Shown: piece after piece, positions 9,201-18,939 of the stretch
How the letters are laid out: each line of letters starts with the position of its first letter
Position numbering within the stretch: position 1 is the first letter of the stretch
Origin: Prasinococcaceae sp. CCMP 1430
Taxonomy: Eukaryota > Plantae > Prasinodermophyta
Assembly: GCA_013416795.1 (NCBI GenBank)
Contig: RQSC01001079.1
Location: 22,354-48,150, forward strand
Direction: 5' to 3'
DNA length: 25,797 bases
Position numbers and translations under genes: made by a program
The notes under the pieces: model-generated
The model's database searches: none
What the model saw: only the letters and a program-made list of their open reading frames with translations
Told to the model about the DNA's origin: nothing

Positions 9201-10317
9201 TGGTTCAGCGCGTACGATGAGGAGGGCAAGCCTCGACTTTTGTATGTGTGGGTGGACCTGCCCTCGAGGGCGGTGCACTGGGCACCTCCAAGGGATACAG
9301 CCCAGGCGGTGGTTCGTCCGAAGGGCAAAGCACCGGCGAGGAGCCTCATGGGTTTTGCGGCTAAGCTCGCCAACCCTACCATGATGGAGGACGTATCAAA
9401 GGTGAGCGCTCGCTCGCTCGCTTGCGTGTGCCTCGCCACCTGCTCAGTGCTGGCCGTCAACGCGCGCAGTACACGCGCATGTTCGCGGACGGCCATGCGT
9501 CTGCCAAGCGCACTCACACACGCCACGATCGTGCCCCCGACGCCACTTTTGCCCGTAGGTCCGCGTTCCGCTGAAGAAGTGTGGGCAGATACATGTGGAG
9601 CATCTGGGCGAGATCTCGAAGGGTGCAAGCTGCTTTCCGAGCGATCGCAAGGCGGGTCTCACGCGGCAGCTGGCGGCGGCTGCCACGGGCGGGTCACAGC
9701 ACGCAATCAACGCGCGAGAGGCGAGCAGCTTCAGCCTGCTGATATGCGAGGACCTGTCGAACTCCGAGGCAGACTTCAGCGACGGCGGCATGCGCAGCGG
9801 CGACGCTTTCAACGAGCCGTTGTCTGATGTCCAGAGCGATGGCGGCAGCAGGTTTGTTCGCCGCGGCGTGGTGCGCAAGCACTGTCCTGGTTTGCACTTG
9901 GGCCTGCCACCGGGCGGAAACGGCCTCAGCCGAGATCGTGAGTGCGCACGCGCACTATTTGCGCCCCGAGTGTGCGCTTGAAGGCGGCCCATGCGAGCAC
10001 GGGCGCGCGCGCGCGTATGTTCAAGCCGGCAATCGCCGCAGTCGACATGAGCTGACGGTCGCGCCCGCTCGGAAATGTCCCTCCCCTTCCCCCACTTGCT
10101 GCTTCATCTAGATTGGGTGCTGGCGTTCGAGCACGCACTCACAACGCTGCGCGGTGTGGACTCGCGGCCAGTGCTAGTGGCCGAAGAGAGGCAGCGCACA
10201 GGCACTTCCCGGACCAGCACCATCCTCAACGATACCTTCGCACAGGTGTACTCGCTTGCAGCGACCGCTGCAGGTGCTGCTGTCGCAGAACGGGCCGCGA
10301 CTCCCGCTCGCGCGTAG
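6226..10317 (+). CDS. Membrane-anchored SMP-C2-coiled-coil-PH protein (extended-synaptotagmin-like contact-site tether); join(6226..6551,6732..7164,7299..9401,9559..9937,10112..10317)
   Basis: TM helix FLATAAIGALGALALVLAAVVTTAAI. SMP motifs WANALMRSAWP, LESLTWGTRPP, GIDVSFVRRP and LTALPGVKAW. Degenerate C2 from VLSLHLVSAR to VWLPL..AVRL. PLC/Mcp5-type PH motifs GAWFSAYDEEGKPRLLYVWVD..VHW, HLGEISKG and RDHWVLAFEHAL. Four introns (GTAAGC, GTAGGT, GTGAGC, GTGAGT donors) join in consistent phase. Confidence 0.8.
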
Positions 10318-10664
10318 GTCGCAGCGCCCGGGCCCACGCGGTCGCCGCTCGTGCCAACCAGCAGACAGGAGTGCAGTAAGTCGATCAATGGTGGCGAGCG
10401 CGCATGGGTACGGGAGGGGGAGGGGGAAGGGTTCCGCTCGAGCGTAGGGAACGCGGGCGCGCTATGATACCACCCCCGCGCGTGCGAATTGACCTACAGT
10501 AGACTACAGTGCTCCTTCGCCGTTGGTGGTGAGTTCGCTGCTTTTTTTTTCCCTTTTTTTTTGCGGTGTGGGGCGAAAAAGCGGCTGTTGGAGGCGGGTG
10601 GCACAGCGCGCGCTCTCGGGCGCCGAGGCCAAGCGCCTCTGGCCCTTCGTGGTGGGCTTCGACG

Positions 10665-12941
10665 ATGGACAACTCCATTCGCACAATGGACGACTTCGAG
10701 GGCGTGGCCGCCGGAGGGGCGGGCGTGGGCGCGGGCAGCGGCGGGGTGGCGACAAGGGCGCAGGAGCGGCTGGGGGCGGGAGGGGGGCGCGTGGGCGGAC
10801 AGGCGCGGGATGACGGGCCATGTGCGCCCGTTCAACAGCAGCCGCAGCCGCAGCCGCCACCGCCGCAGCTGCAGCCGCAGCCGCAGCCAGAGCCGGTACA
10901 AGCCCCGCGCGTGGCGGTGGCGCGCCCTGCGACTGGGCCAATGTTCGGCACACCACCGCCGACAGCAGCGGGCGAGGCCTGGCAGGGGCTCACGCTGTCG
11001 TTGCAAGCGGTGCAACCGGAGCAGGCTGACGAGATAGGAAGCCGAGGTAGGGCCACTGCGCCTCCTGCGGCTGCATCGATCGTGCCCGACGTCTCCGCGT
11101 CGGCCGCCGTACCGCGTCTCGCTCGAGCGCAAGCAGCTCCGGCTGCAGCCCGACCGACGCCACGAGCTGTGCCACAGCCCACCGCGCTTCCTTCGGCACA
11201 GCCCGGACGAGTCCAGGCGCCAGGTGGACTCGATGTACCCACTCATGGCCACGTGAATGGCACGGCTCCTGCTACCGGAGGCGATGGCAGTGGCGGCGAT
11301 TCTGGCAGGAGCGCAGGCGAGACGGACGCGACTGCCAGCGGAAGTGGGAGCCAGCTGAGTGGCGCGCCAGCTGAGGTCAGAGACGACGCCGCGCTTGCGG
11401 TCGCGACCAAGCAGCCAGCACCAGAGCCGCCACCCTCACGCCCTCCACTTCCGCCCACACATCGTCAGAAGCAGCAGCAGCAGGAGCAGGAGATGGATGA
11501 GGAGCAGCAACGGGAAAACACAGCGGCGGTGACGCCCATCGAGCTCGGACCAATCACCCCGCCGCGGATGGACACGCCGTCGCCGCCTATAGCACGTGTA
11601 CCCTTGCCACCCACACGTCTGTGGGAGCCGCCGCAACCGCCGTCAGTCGTTGCACCGGAGCAGGGTCCACGAGATGCGGTGCAGGAAGGCACTGAGGATG
11701 CTGGTCCAGTGCACGACGAGATGCGACGAGAGGATCCAAATGGACAGGACAACGACGAGATTCAGCCAGCACCGCGGGAGGCGCCACTGTCGCCGCCATA
11801 CCGCCCGCCTCAGCTTTCGGCCGCTGCCGCCGCGCTCGCAAACGCTGTGACGCCCGGGCGCATAGATGAGAGCTTCAGGGGCAGCCGATATGGCCCTGAG
11901 TCGCAGCTGTTGCAGTCACCGCTCGGAGCGAGCCACCGCCGCACCACAACCGAGTCGGAGCTCGCGCGTCACGTGGAAGACCTGGAACAGGAGCGCTTTG
12001 CGCTGCAGCAGGGTCTCGAGAGCAGCCACCGCGTGGCGGAGCAGTTGGCACAAGAGCTCGATGCTCTAAACGCTGCTCAGAATGACAGGGCCGGAGCGCT
12101 CGAGGGCGCCGAACGAGCCGCTGCCGAGGCGACGACACGCGCGCAAGCAGCAGAGGAAGCTCTTGCCGCAGCGATTGCGGATCGCGATGTGGCCAACAGC
12201 GCGGCATCTGAAGCGAGCCAGCGATCTGAGGGGCTGGCAGCTGAGGTTGTGCATTTGGAAGAGGAGCTCCTACGTTTGCGGTCGCGTGAGATCAAGGCAG
12301 CCACCGAGACAGAGGATATCCAGCGCGAGGCCGAGCAGCGAGGCAGGCGCCTGGCATCAACCGAGCGCGAGCTGCAAGAGATGCGTGCAGCAATAGAGGC
12401 CCTCGCTGAGGAGAAACGTTCGCTCATTGTCAAGTTGCGACGCGCAGCCAACGCAGCTAGTGCAACGAACGGGGACCACTCGTCGCGGCAGCCGCGGCCG
12501 CGGGGGAGGCAGGACCCGGCCGACACGGCACCGCAACGAGCGCAGGAAGAGGATGCACCCACCACTGGTGACAGCGTGCCGTCTGATGCATGTCTGCACA
12601 TGCTCGGATCAATCAACACGAGCATAGACGCGCTGTTGCGCGAGCGCAGGCAGCTCGCCGCGGCGGCGCGTGAGCACGCTGCCGCAGCCGAGGAGGCAAC
12701 GGCTGAGCGCAACGCCCTGCGCGCGCGCCTAGACGTGCAGACGCAACAGCTCGAACTCGTTGTGTCACGGCAGGCAGCCGCAGCTGGCGCAGGCCGAACT
12801 GTCGCAAACGGTCAAGTGGCTGTGCCGGTCGAGGAGGTTGGCATGGGCGACTCGGAGTACTTCGTCGACCGCGCGCTGTCTCTGCTTGTCTCGATCTTTG
12901 TCGGTACGCCAAGTTCCACGCGGCCGGTCAGCCAGCTCTGA
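10665..12941 (+). CDS. BLI: BLISTER-like coiled-coil protein (758 aa from ATG 10665; alternative ATG 10686)
   Basis: HVEDLEQERFALQQGLESSHRVAEQLAQE, RSEGLAAEVVHLEEELLRLRSREIK, AIEALAEEKRSL, LGSINTSIDAL, RLDVQTQQLELV and VDRALSLLVSIFVG align in order with my recollection of Arabidopsis BLISTER (HIEDLTQEKFSLQRALEASR, LASEVISLEDKALRLRSNELK, KLEAQTQRLELV, VVERVLGWIMKMFPG). The N-half is Pro/Gln-rich and disordered. Confidence 0.75.
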   Translation: MDNSIRTMDDFEGVAAGGAGVGAGSGGVATRAQERLGAGGGRVGGQARDDGPCAPVQQQPQPQPPPPQLQPQPQPEPVQAPRVAVARPATGPMFGTPPPTAAGEAWQGLTLSLQAVQPEQADEIGSRGRATAPPAAASIVPDVSASAAVPRLARAQAAPAAARPTPRAVPQPTALPSAQPGRVQAPGGLDVPTHGHVNGTAPATGGDGSGGDSGRSAGETDATASGSGSQLSGAPAEVRDDAALAVATKQPAPEPPPSRPPLPPTHRQKQQQQEQEMDEEQQRENTAAVTPIELGPITPPRMDTPSPPIARVPLPPTRLWEPPQPPSVVAPEQGPRDAVQEGTEDAGPVHDEMRREDPNGQDNDEIQPAPREAPLSPPYRPPQLSAAAAALANAVTPGRIDESFRGSRYGPESQLLQSPLGASHRRTTTESELARHVEDLEQERFALQQGLESSHRVAEQLAQELDALNAAQNDRAGALEGAERAAAEATTRAQAAEEALAAAIADRDVANSAASEASQRSEGLAAEVVHLEEELLRLRSREIKAATETEDIQREAEQRGRRLASTERELQEMRAAIEALAEEKRSLIVKLRRAANAASATNGDHSSRQPRPRGRQDPADTAPQRAQEEDAPTTGDSVPSDACLHMLGSINTSIDALLRERRQLAAAAREHAAAAEEATAERNALRARLDVQTQQLELVVSRQAAAAGAGRTVANGQVAVPVEEVGMGDSEYFVDRALSLLVSIFVGTPSSTRPVSQL

Positions 12942-13084
12942 GCAACGCGAGGGGAGCGCAAGCACATCTCCCCGCCCTTCCAAAGACGGCAATAATACGA
13001 TAACGATTTGACACTACTTTCGCTCTAGAACTAGGTGTTGTACTCTAAGTGTGCTGGCGTCAGGCTCCGCAGCTTGCTGGGCCG

Positions 13085-14557
13085 TCAGCACAGCGGCTCG
13101 GCTGCGCCGCCACCTCCGAAGCTCGCCGCATGTGCGCCGCGGATGGCGACGTGACGCGGCGCGACGAGCACTGTGCCGTTCGTCGCATTTACCGCCCACG
13201 ACGCACCGCCCGTGACGAGCCCGCGCTTGCCAGCGATGCCCGCGTCTTGCTCGGCTGCTGATGCGCTCGCGCGCTCGCGCGCGTGGCCCTGGATGCCGCG
13301 CGCGAGTCCCGCGTTCGGAAGCGGCGCGCGCATGCCGTAGTTGCGCACCGCCTGTCGCACGGTGGCCTGCCTCCTCGCCTTCCGCTCCTTGAAGCCCTTG
13401 AAAACGGCCTGCATCCGCACCGCTGCCTTCGCGAGTATGGTCTGCAGGCGCGCTGTGGCGATGGGGTGGTCACCCGCCTGCTCGTAGATGCGACAAGCGG
13501 CGCCCTTTTTCCCCATGGCCTCGAGCATCTGCGCGAGCTTGAGCCATGCCTTGCTGGCTTGAGGATCGGCGTCTGCGGCGGCGCGCATGGCCCACATGGC
13601 GTCGTCCGTCGCGCCGCGCTGCGAGTACAGCTCGCCAAGCGCCATGAGCGCCGCAGCATGTTGGGGGTCGCGCTCGGTCGCTGCGAGGAAGGCCGCCTCG
13701 GCCTCCTGCGGGCGCCCTCGTGATTGCTCTATCAGTCCTAGACGGTGCCACCCCTCAGCCGTCTTTCTCGACTGCGGCTCTGGGTCGTCCCCCAGCGCTT
13801 CGCGCAGCCGCGCGGCCGGCGCGTCCGCCTCTGATCCACCGTACGCATGGTCGAGCCACGCCAGGCTCTGTCGATTGCGCGCCAGCACAGGAGTGCAGCG
13901 AGCGCTCGTCTGTGGCCCTGGGATGCCCCACGCGCTCAGCTCGGCGAGCAGTCCTTTGATGGCTTCTTCTGCCGGGCCCCGGCTGTCGCTGCGCGAGGCA
14001 GCACCCTGGTGCGCCTCGCAGAGCTCGCAGATCACGTCCGCCACATTCCACAAGCCATTCGCACCCGGAAACGCGCCACTGGACTTGTCGCAGGCATCTA
14101 CTGCCTTGCGCAGGAATCCAATGGCCGATTCGTGGTCTTTGAGCTTTCGCGCGTTGCGGCCGGCCGTGAGGCAGGCCTTGGCGCGCGTGCCGTGCGCGTC
14201 CGCTTTGCCGCCGGACGACTCCATAGACATGCCGCGCTCGACGGCCTTGACGCACTTGGCGGCTTCCGCGCTGCGGTCAAACACGATAGCAATGGCCAAG
14301 AAGTCCTCCGCGGCGGGAAGCTTTGGAAGACCCGTGCTGGCGTCTACACCATCATCGGCGAACCCCTGCGTGTAGTAGCTCTGCGCCTCACGGATCTTGC
14401 CGAGCGCTACGCACGCTGCGGCCGCGCCCGCGCATGCCTCGCGGTGCGCCACGCCGCCCGGCGCTTCTGCACGCACGAGCGCGCGGTACGATGCCAGCGC
14501 CTCCGCCCACTTGCCCGCGCGGCGCTGCCGCCGGGCGGGCCACATGCCCAGCCCCAT
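13085..14557 (-). CDS. TPR-repeat protein with a C-terminal IQ (calmodulin-binding) motif; both ends uncertain
   Basis: TPR-like repeats such as WHRLGLIEQSRGRPQEAEAAFLAATERDPQHAAALMALGELYSQRG..A and AWLKLAQMLEAMGKK..A. IQ-like motif AAVRMQAVFKGFKER at about 13380-13427. First clear ATG is 14557. Upstream exons may lie towards the 14785 gap and a 3' intron is possible. Confidence 0.7.
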   Translation of the reverse strand: MGLGMWPARRQRRAGKWAEALASYRALVRAEAPGGVAHREACAGAAAACVALGKIREAQSYYTQGFADDGVDASTGLPKLPAAEDFLAIAIVFDRSAEAAKCVKAVERGMSMESSGGKADAHGTRAKACLTAGRNARKLKDHESAIGFLRKAVDACDKSSGAFPGANGLWNVADVICELCEAHQGAASRSDSRGPAEEAIKGLLAELSAWGIPGPQTSARCTPVLARNRQSLAWLDHAYGGSEADAPAARLREALGDDPEPQSRKTAEGWHRLGLIEQSRGRPQEAEAAFLAATERDPQHAAALMALGELYSQRGATDDAMWAMRAAADADPQASKAWLKLAQMLEAMGKKGAACRIYEQAGDHPIATARLQTILAKAAVRMQAVFKGFKERKARRQATVRQAVRNYGMRAPLPNAGLARGIQGHARERASASAAEQDAGIAGKRGLVTGGASWAVNATNGTVLVAPRHVAIRGAHAASFGGGGAAEPLC

Positions 14558-14692
14558 TTCACAGCTGCCGCGCGCTGCTGCCCAGGCGCGCCCTTCTGCT
14601 TCTTCGGCTCTGCCTCTGTCCCCCCCGGCCCTGCACGGCACCCGGGCGTGCGGGCGGCGCCCTGGAAGGGCGAGCGGATGGGGCGCGGCGCG

Positions 14693-14727
14693 TGGCTGGC
14701 TGGATGGCTGGCTGGCTGGCTGGCTGG
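14693..14727 (+). repeat. (TGGC)n tetranucleotide microsatellite, about 9 units with one TGGA variant
   Basis: Read directly. Confidence 0.9.
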
Positions 14728-14784
14728 GCGTCCACCTTGGCGCCACCTCCCGCTGCGCGCGCGCCCGCCCGCGGCGCGGCGCGG

Positions 14785-14801
14785 NNNNNNNNNNNNNNNN
14801 N
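14785..14801. other. Assembly gap (17 N)
   Basis: N run flanked by extremely GC-rich CGCGG sequence. Confidence 0.99.
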
Positions 14802-15290
14802 CGCGCGGGCGCGGGCGGCGCGCCCGCGCGGGCGCTTTGCGCGGACGCAATCACGGTGGAGCGCCGGCGGGAGCAGGAGCAGCTGGAGGGGCGGGAGCGG
14901 CGGCGGCAAGAGCATGTCGCGATGTTGGCGTTTCTAGAGGGGCAGCAGCGGGAACAGGTCACGGCGCACGGCTTCGCCGCGCTCGCCGTGCTCGCTGCCG
15001 CTGCGCGCTCTGCTGCGCCGGCTGCGGAGGTGGCGATCGCCGCCGCGCCGATGCTCGCGCCTGGCGTCGGCGAGGGCGGGGAGGCGCTCGAGGCGAAGCA
15101 GAGCATAAAAAAGCACAGGGTACGTGCGGCAGCGCCGCACCGGCGCGTCACGAGCGCCAGTACGACGTGGCGCTGTCCGTGCCTCGGGGATGCCGCTGAC
15201 GCACACGCGCCTCGCCTGCCCGTCGCCTCGCAGCGCAAGAAGATGAACAAACACAAGCTGCGCAAGCGCCGAAAGAAGGACCGCAAGTGA
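14802..15290 (+). CDS. mS38: Mitochondrial ribosomal protein mS38 (COX24/AURKAIP1, DUF1713); join(<14802..15119,15234..15290), start probably in or near the gap (ATG 14922 is an alternative)
   Basis: Removing intron 15120-15233 (GTACGT...GCTGAC...CGCAG) gives SIKKHRRKKMNKHKLRKRRKKDRK*, the DUF1713 signature. Upstream ARALCADA resembles a mitochondrial processing site. Confidence 0.8.
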   Translation, partial: RAGAGGAPARALCADAITVERRREQEQLEGRERRRQEHVAMLAFLEGQQREQVTAHGFAALAVLAAAARSAAPAAEVAIAAAPMLAPGVGEGGEALEAKQSIKKHRVRAAAPHRRVTSASTTWRCPCLGDAADAHAPRLPVASQRKKMNKHKLRKRRKKDRK

Positions 15291-15620
15291 ACGCTCGGGG
15301 CCGGCGGAGCGCGCGGGCCCACTGCTCCCTGCAGGGGACCCGGCGCGGCCGCCAGGTGCGCCTCTGCGGCGGGGCCGAGGGTGGGGAGGCGTGGCGAGCC
15401 ACGCCACTCGCCCCCCACGCGATCTCACTCTCGCCCTAACTTTTTGCATCGCGTCTCACCCAGCATTTTTCTCCCGAGGATCCCGCCGAATAATATGTTC
15501 ATGTCAAAACGCATTGCGCACGGCCGCTCGCGATTTTCGCCGCGAGAAATAGGAGAGCCCGTGCACATGCGGGGCGTGCGCGCGCCACACCTCGCGACGG
15601 GCTCCGGCCCGGGGAGCACC

Positions 15621-16424
15621 ATGGGCGCCCTCCGCGTGCTCTTTCGCCTCGCGACGCTCGCGGGCGTCGCAGCGGTCCTCGCGCACGCGCTCGCGGTGCG
15701 ATTCCCAGCGTACGCGTCGTTCGGGCGCTGCGCGCTGCGCCTGATGACCGCCTCGGGCGGAGGAGTTGCCAACTGGGCGGACATTTGCGGCGACGGCAGG
15801 GAGGAGCGCTGCCTCGAGCACGTGCGCGCGAGCGCGCCGGAGGGCGACGCGCGGGCCGTGCTGGCCGCAATCGACGCGTTCGGCCGTGAGATTGACATGC
15901 TGATCAACATAGGCGACGTCAAGGGGAAAATCTTGAGCGACGCGCTCAATGCGCGCCGCCCTGCGCGCGCACTCGAGCTGGGCGCGTACGTCGGGTACTC
16001 TGCCATTCGTGCTGGCGTCGCGCTGCGCGAGTGGAACGGGACGCTCACGTCTGTGGAGATAAGCGAAGAGAACGCGGTCATCGCCCGCGCCATGGTCGCG
16101 CACGCCGGGCTCTCCTCGACGGTGTCCATCGTGGTTGGCACGGTTGCAGGCGGCGCCCTCGACGGCGCGGCGCCCTTTGACTTCGTCTTACTCGACCACG
16201 ACAAATATTTCTATCTCAGCGACCAGCAGAGGCTGCTACGTGCCGGTCTGTTATCCCCGAGCGCCGTGGTGGTCGCTGACAACTGCGGTGTCCCCGGCGC
16301 GCCGGAGTACGTGGCATACATGCGCGGCGAAGGCAGGGCGCTCTGGGACACGGTCGAGCACGAGACGAGCCTTGAGTATTTGGACGCTATCCCCGACCGC
16401 GTGCTCGTGTCCACGCTCAAGTAA
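15621..16424 (+). CDS. COMT: Catechol O-methyltransferase (animal/fungal COMT type) with an N-terminal membrane anchor
   Basis: INIGDVKG, LELGAYVGYS (SAM binding), LLDHDK (Mg ligand Asp and catalytic Lys), VVADN (Asp/Asn Mg ligands), PGAPEY and LEY follow the vertebrate COMT layout. Hydrophobic N-terminus. Stop TAA. Confidence 0.88.
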   Translation: MGALRVLFRLATLAGVAAVLAHALAVRFPAYASFGRCALRLMTASGGGVANWADICGDGREERCLEHVRASAPEGDARAVLAAIDAFGREIDMLINIGDVKGKILSDALNARRPARALELGAYVGYSAIRAGVALREWNGTLTSVEISEENAVIARAMVAHAGLSSTVSIVVGTVAGGALDGAAPFDFVLLDHDKYFYLSDQQRLLRAGLLSPSAVVVADNCGVPGAPEYVAYMRGEGRALWDTVEHETSLEYLDAIPDRVLVSTLK

Positions 16425-16489
16425 GCACACGCGCGCGTGATTTTAATTTCTGTGGCATGGCGCCCGCGCGCGACCTGCTGCGGTCCTCA

Positions 16490-17155
16490 TCACGGCAGCG
16501 TCAGCGGCTCGGGCGAGACGAGGATGCCGTCGAGGTCAGCGTAAATGAAGTCGCCGGGGGTGATTGTGGCTGATCCAAAGGTGACGGGCACGTCCCGCGC
16601 GCCCGCGTCGCGCTTGGAGCTCTTGAGCGGGTGCGTGGCGAGCGCCTTGATGCCGATGGGCGTCTTTGCGAGGTCTTCGGCGTCGCGCACGCATCCGTTG
16701 ATGACGATCCCCGCCCAGCCGTTCTCTGCACCGCACGCCGCCAACATGTCTCCGAGGAGTGCGCATCGCATGCTGCCCCCGCCGTCGACCACCAACACGC
16801 GCCCCTTGCCGGGCTCGCTGAGCGCCGCGCGTACGTGGGGGTTGTTCTCAAAGCACTGCACAGTGCTCGCTCGCCCCGAGAAGCGTGTGACGCCCCCGAA
16901 GTCGCGCAGCCCCGTGCCCCCAAAGTTCGGTGGAATGATGGCAATGTTCGGTTGGCCGGCCCGCTCATCCACCGGCGCCTTGAAGTACTTGTCGGTGAGG
17001 TCGCACGTCCCGGCGCGCGACGCGTCCGGCGGCGGGTACGTCGCCGTCGCGGCTGCCACAGTCGCCGCAGCGGCGATGCCGCGCCGCGTGTGCAGGCGCG
17101 CAGCCGCCGTTGCCGCTGCGCGCGCCGCGCGGGACGCTGCGCGGCACAGCATCAT
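16490..17155 (-). CDS. rraA: RraA-family protein / 4-hydroxy-4-methyl-2-oxoglutarate aldolase with an organellar (likely mitochondrial) presequence
   Basis: TCDLTD, FSGRASTVQCFENN, GRVLVVDGGGSMRCALLGD, GWAGIVINGCVRD and GDFIYADLDGILV are present. N-terminus MMLCRAASRAARAAA..RRGIAAA is Arg/Ala-rich. Confidence 0.92.
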   Translation of the reverse strand: MMLCRAASRAARAAATAAARLHTRRGIAAAATVAAATATYPPPDASRAGTCDLTDKYFKAPVDERAGQPNIAIIPPNFGGTGLRDFGGVTRFSGRASTVQCFENNPHVRAALSEPGKGRVLVVDGGGSMRCALLGDMLAACGAENGWAGIVINGCVRDAEDLAKTPIGIKALATHPLKSSKRDAGARDVPVTFGSATITPGDFIYADLDGILVSPEPLTLP

Positions 17156-17488
17156 CGTCCTCCCTGCTCCGCACGGCGCCGGCCCGCGTTTGTGCGCACG
17201 CCACCCGGGCCTGGCCACGAGAGAGCCCGCGACCGGCGAGCACAGGCTCGCGATGGGCACGAATGGCGACGGTGTGCCGGCCAGGGAGGTGCGCAGCGGC
17301 GCGGGCGCGCCGCCCCGCGTGCAGAGCGCGCCGTGTGTCGCAGCGCACGGCTGGCGCCGAGCTGGCGAAATCTCGCGGGGCGTGTGCCATGCACGCGCGC
17401 GTGCAGCACGCGGCGCAGTGCCGGGGTGGTACAAAGGCACGCGGGCCGTGTATCATATTAGAGGAGGGTCTGAGGGCAGGCGTCCGGC

Positions 17489-18278
17489 TCAGTCGGCGTG
17501 CTCGTGCGCGCCAGCGCCCACGCCGGCCGCCGCCGGCGCGGCACGCGGCGCGCGCGCGCTCGCCGCCGCCGCGCTGCGCGTCGTCGCGCAGCACAACCTG
17601 CGGGAAGGCCTCCCGGGCCGGGAAGAGCGCCTTGACAAACGCCGGCGTCGCGAGCACTCGCCTCCCTGGCCGCAGCAAGTTGCCCTCGAGGTCGCGCCTC
17701 TCCGACAACGTCGGGTACACGTCCTCGAAGTAGTAGTACACATGGCCCGCGAGCATGCCCAGCAGATCCACCAGCGGGGAACTCCCCAGCGCGACGCTGA
17801 AGATGAGCAGCACCCACGGGAGGTACGGCGCGGTGAAGTTGAACAGCCCCAGGAACGACATGTTCACGTACGCGTTCCGCCGCCCCCACACGTACACCAT
17901 CATAAATGTCAGGCTAGAGCCGAGGAACTGGATGTTGACGAACGGCGCACACGCGGTCAGCAGCGTGCCGCCGACACACAGCATCCAGAAGAAGTCCGCC
18001 GTGCGATTGTGAAACGAGCCCTCTTCAAGGAGCCGGCAGTAGCGAGCCAGGAAGAACATGTGGAAGACGAAGTCCAAGCCCAGGCTGCCGAAGAAGAAGA
18101 AGTTGGTGAGGAGCCTCCACAGCTGCAGCTTGTACAAGATGAGCGTCCCGTTGAAATAAACGTTGAAGGGCGAGATCACCTCCAGCGCGCAGCCCGCCGT
18201 CGTGAGGAACGACAGAGTCAGGTAGCTGCGCGTCACGATCGGCATCTGGGTGTACCATTCCTCCAGCGACTGCGCCAT
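17489..18278 (-). CDS. DER2: Derlin-2 (DER1 family ERAD rhomboid-like protein); probable +1 frame break near 17550 before the natural C-terminus
   Basis: MAQSLEEWYTQMPIVTRSY, QLWRLLTNFFFFG, YCRLLEEGSF, YVWGRRN, FTAPYLPWVLL and GHVYYYFEDVYP are diagnostic. The adjacent frame ends AAPAAAGVGAGAHEHAD* at 17489, similar to the HxD end of plant DER2, whereas the uncorrected frame runs on as junk to 16965. Confidence 0.93.
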
Positions 18279-18603
18279 GGCCACCGAAGGCCGCGCGAGC
18301 TCCGCTGGGAGGTGCCCACCACTCCTGAAAACACGCGAGCAAGCGTGCGCACGCGCGCTCAGTCTCGACGGCCCTGCCGCGGCTGTGCGTGGCCGTGACG
18401 CGCGCGGCGGCACACGCGAGCTTTTTTTTTTTCCAGCCCAGCAGCGCGACTTGCCACGGGAGGCGCAAGCGCCGCCCGCGCCGCCCGCGCAACGCAAGGG
18501 CGACCCGCTGCCGCCCTTCGGCAGAGGAACGCTGCAGCGGGTTGCCCACAGCGCCTGCCGGCCAGCCCCTTCGGTGCCGCCGCGCGCCGCCGGCGTGGGG
18601 CGG

Positions 18604-18926
18604 NNNNNNNNNNNNNNNNNNNNNNNNNNNNNNNNNNNNNNNNNNNNNNNNNNNNNNNNNNNNNNNNNNNNNNNNNNNNNNNNNNNNNNNNNNNNNNNNN
18701 NNNNNNNNNNNNNNNNNNNNNNNNNNNNNNNNNNNNNNNNNNNNNNNNNNNNNNNNNNNNNNNNNNNNNNNNNNNNNNNNNNNNNNNNNNNNNNNNNNNN
18801 NNNNNNNNNNNNNNNNNNNNNNNNNNNNNNNNNNNNNNNNNNNNNNNNNNNNNNNNNNNNNNNNNNNNNNNNNNNNNNNNNNNNNNNNNNNNNNNNNNNN
18901 NNNNNNNNNNNNNNNNNNNNNNNNNN
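18604..18926. other. Assembly gap (323 N) between the divergent Derlin and DUF6687-like genes
   Basis: N run read directly. Confidence 0.99.
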
Positions 18927-18939
18927 CCCGCCCGCGCGG

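Noticed and set aside
10575-10600. KKRLLEAG in another frame upstream of BLI, resembling the plant BLI N-terminal LEAGKRR motif
   Set aside because: It has no ATG in that frame, lies inside a probable 5' UTR intron (GTGAGT at about 10529 to CAG at about 10606), and the following residues do not match.
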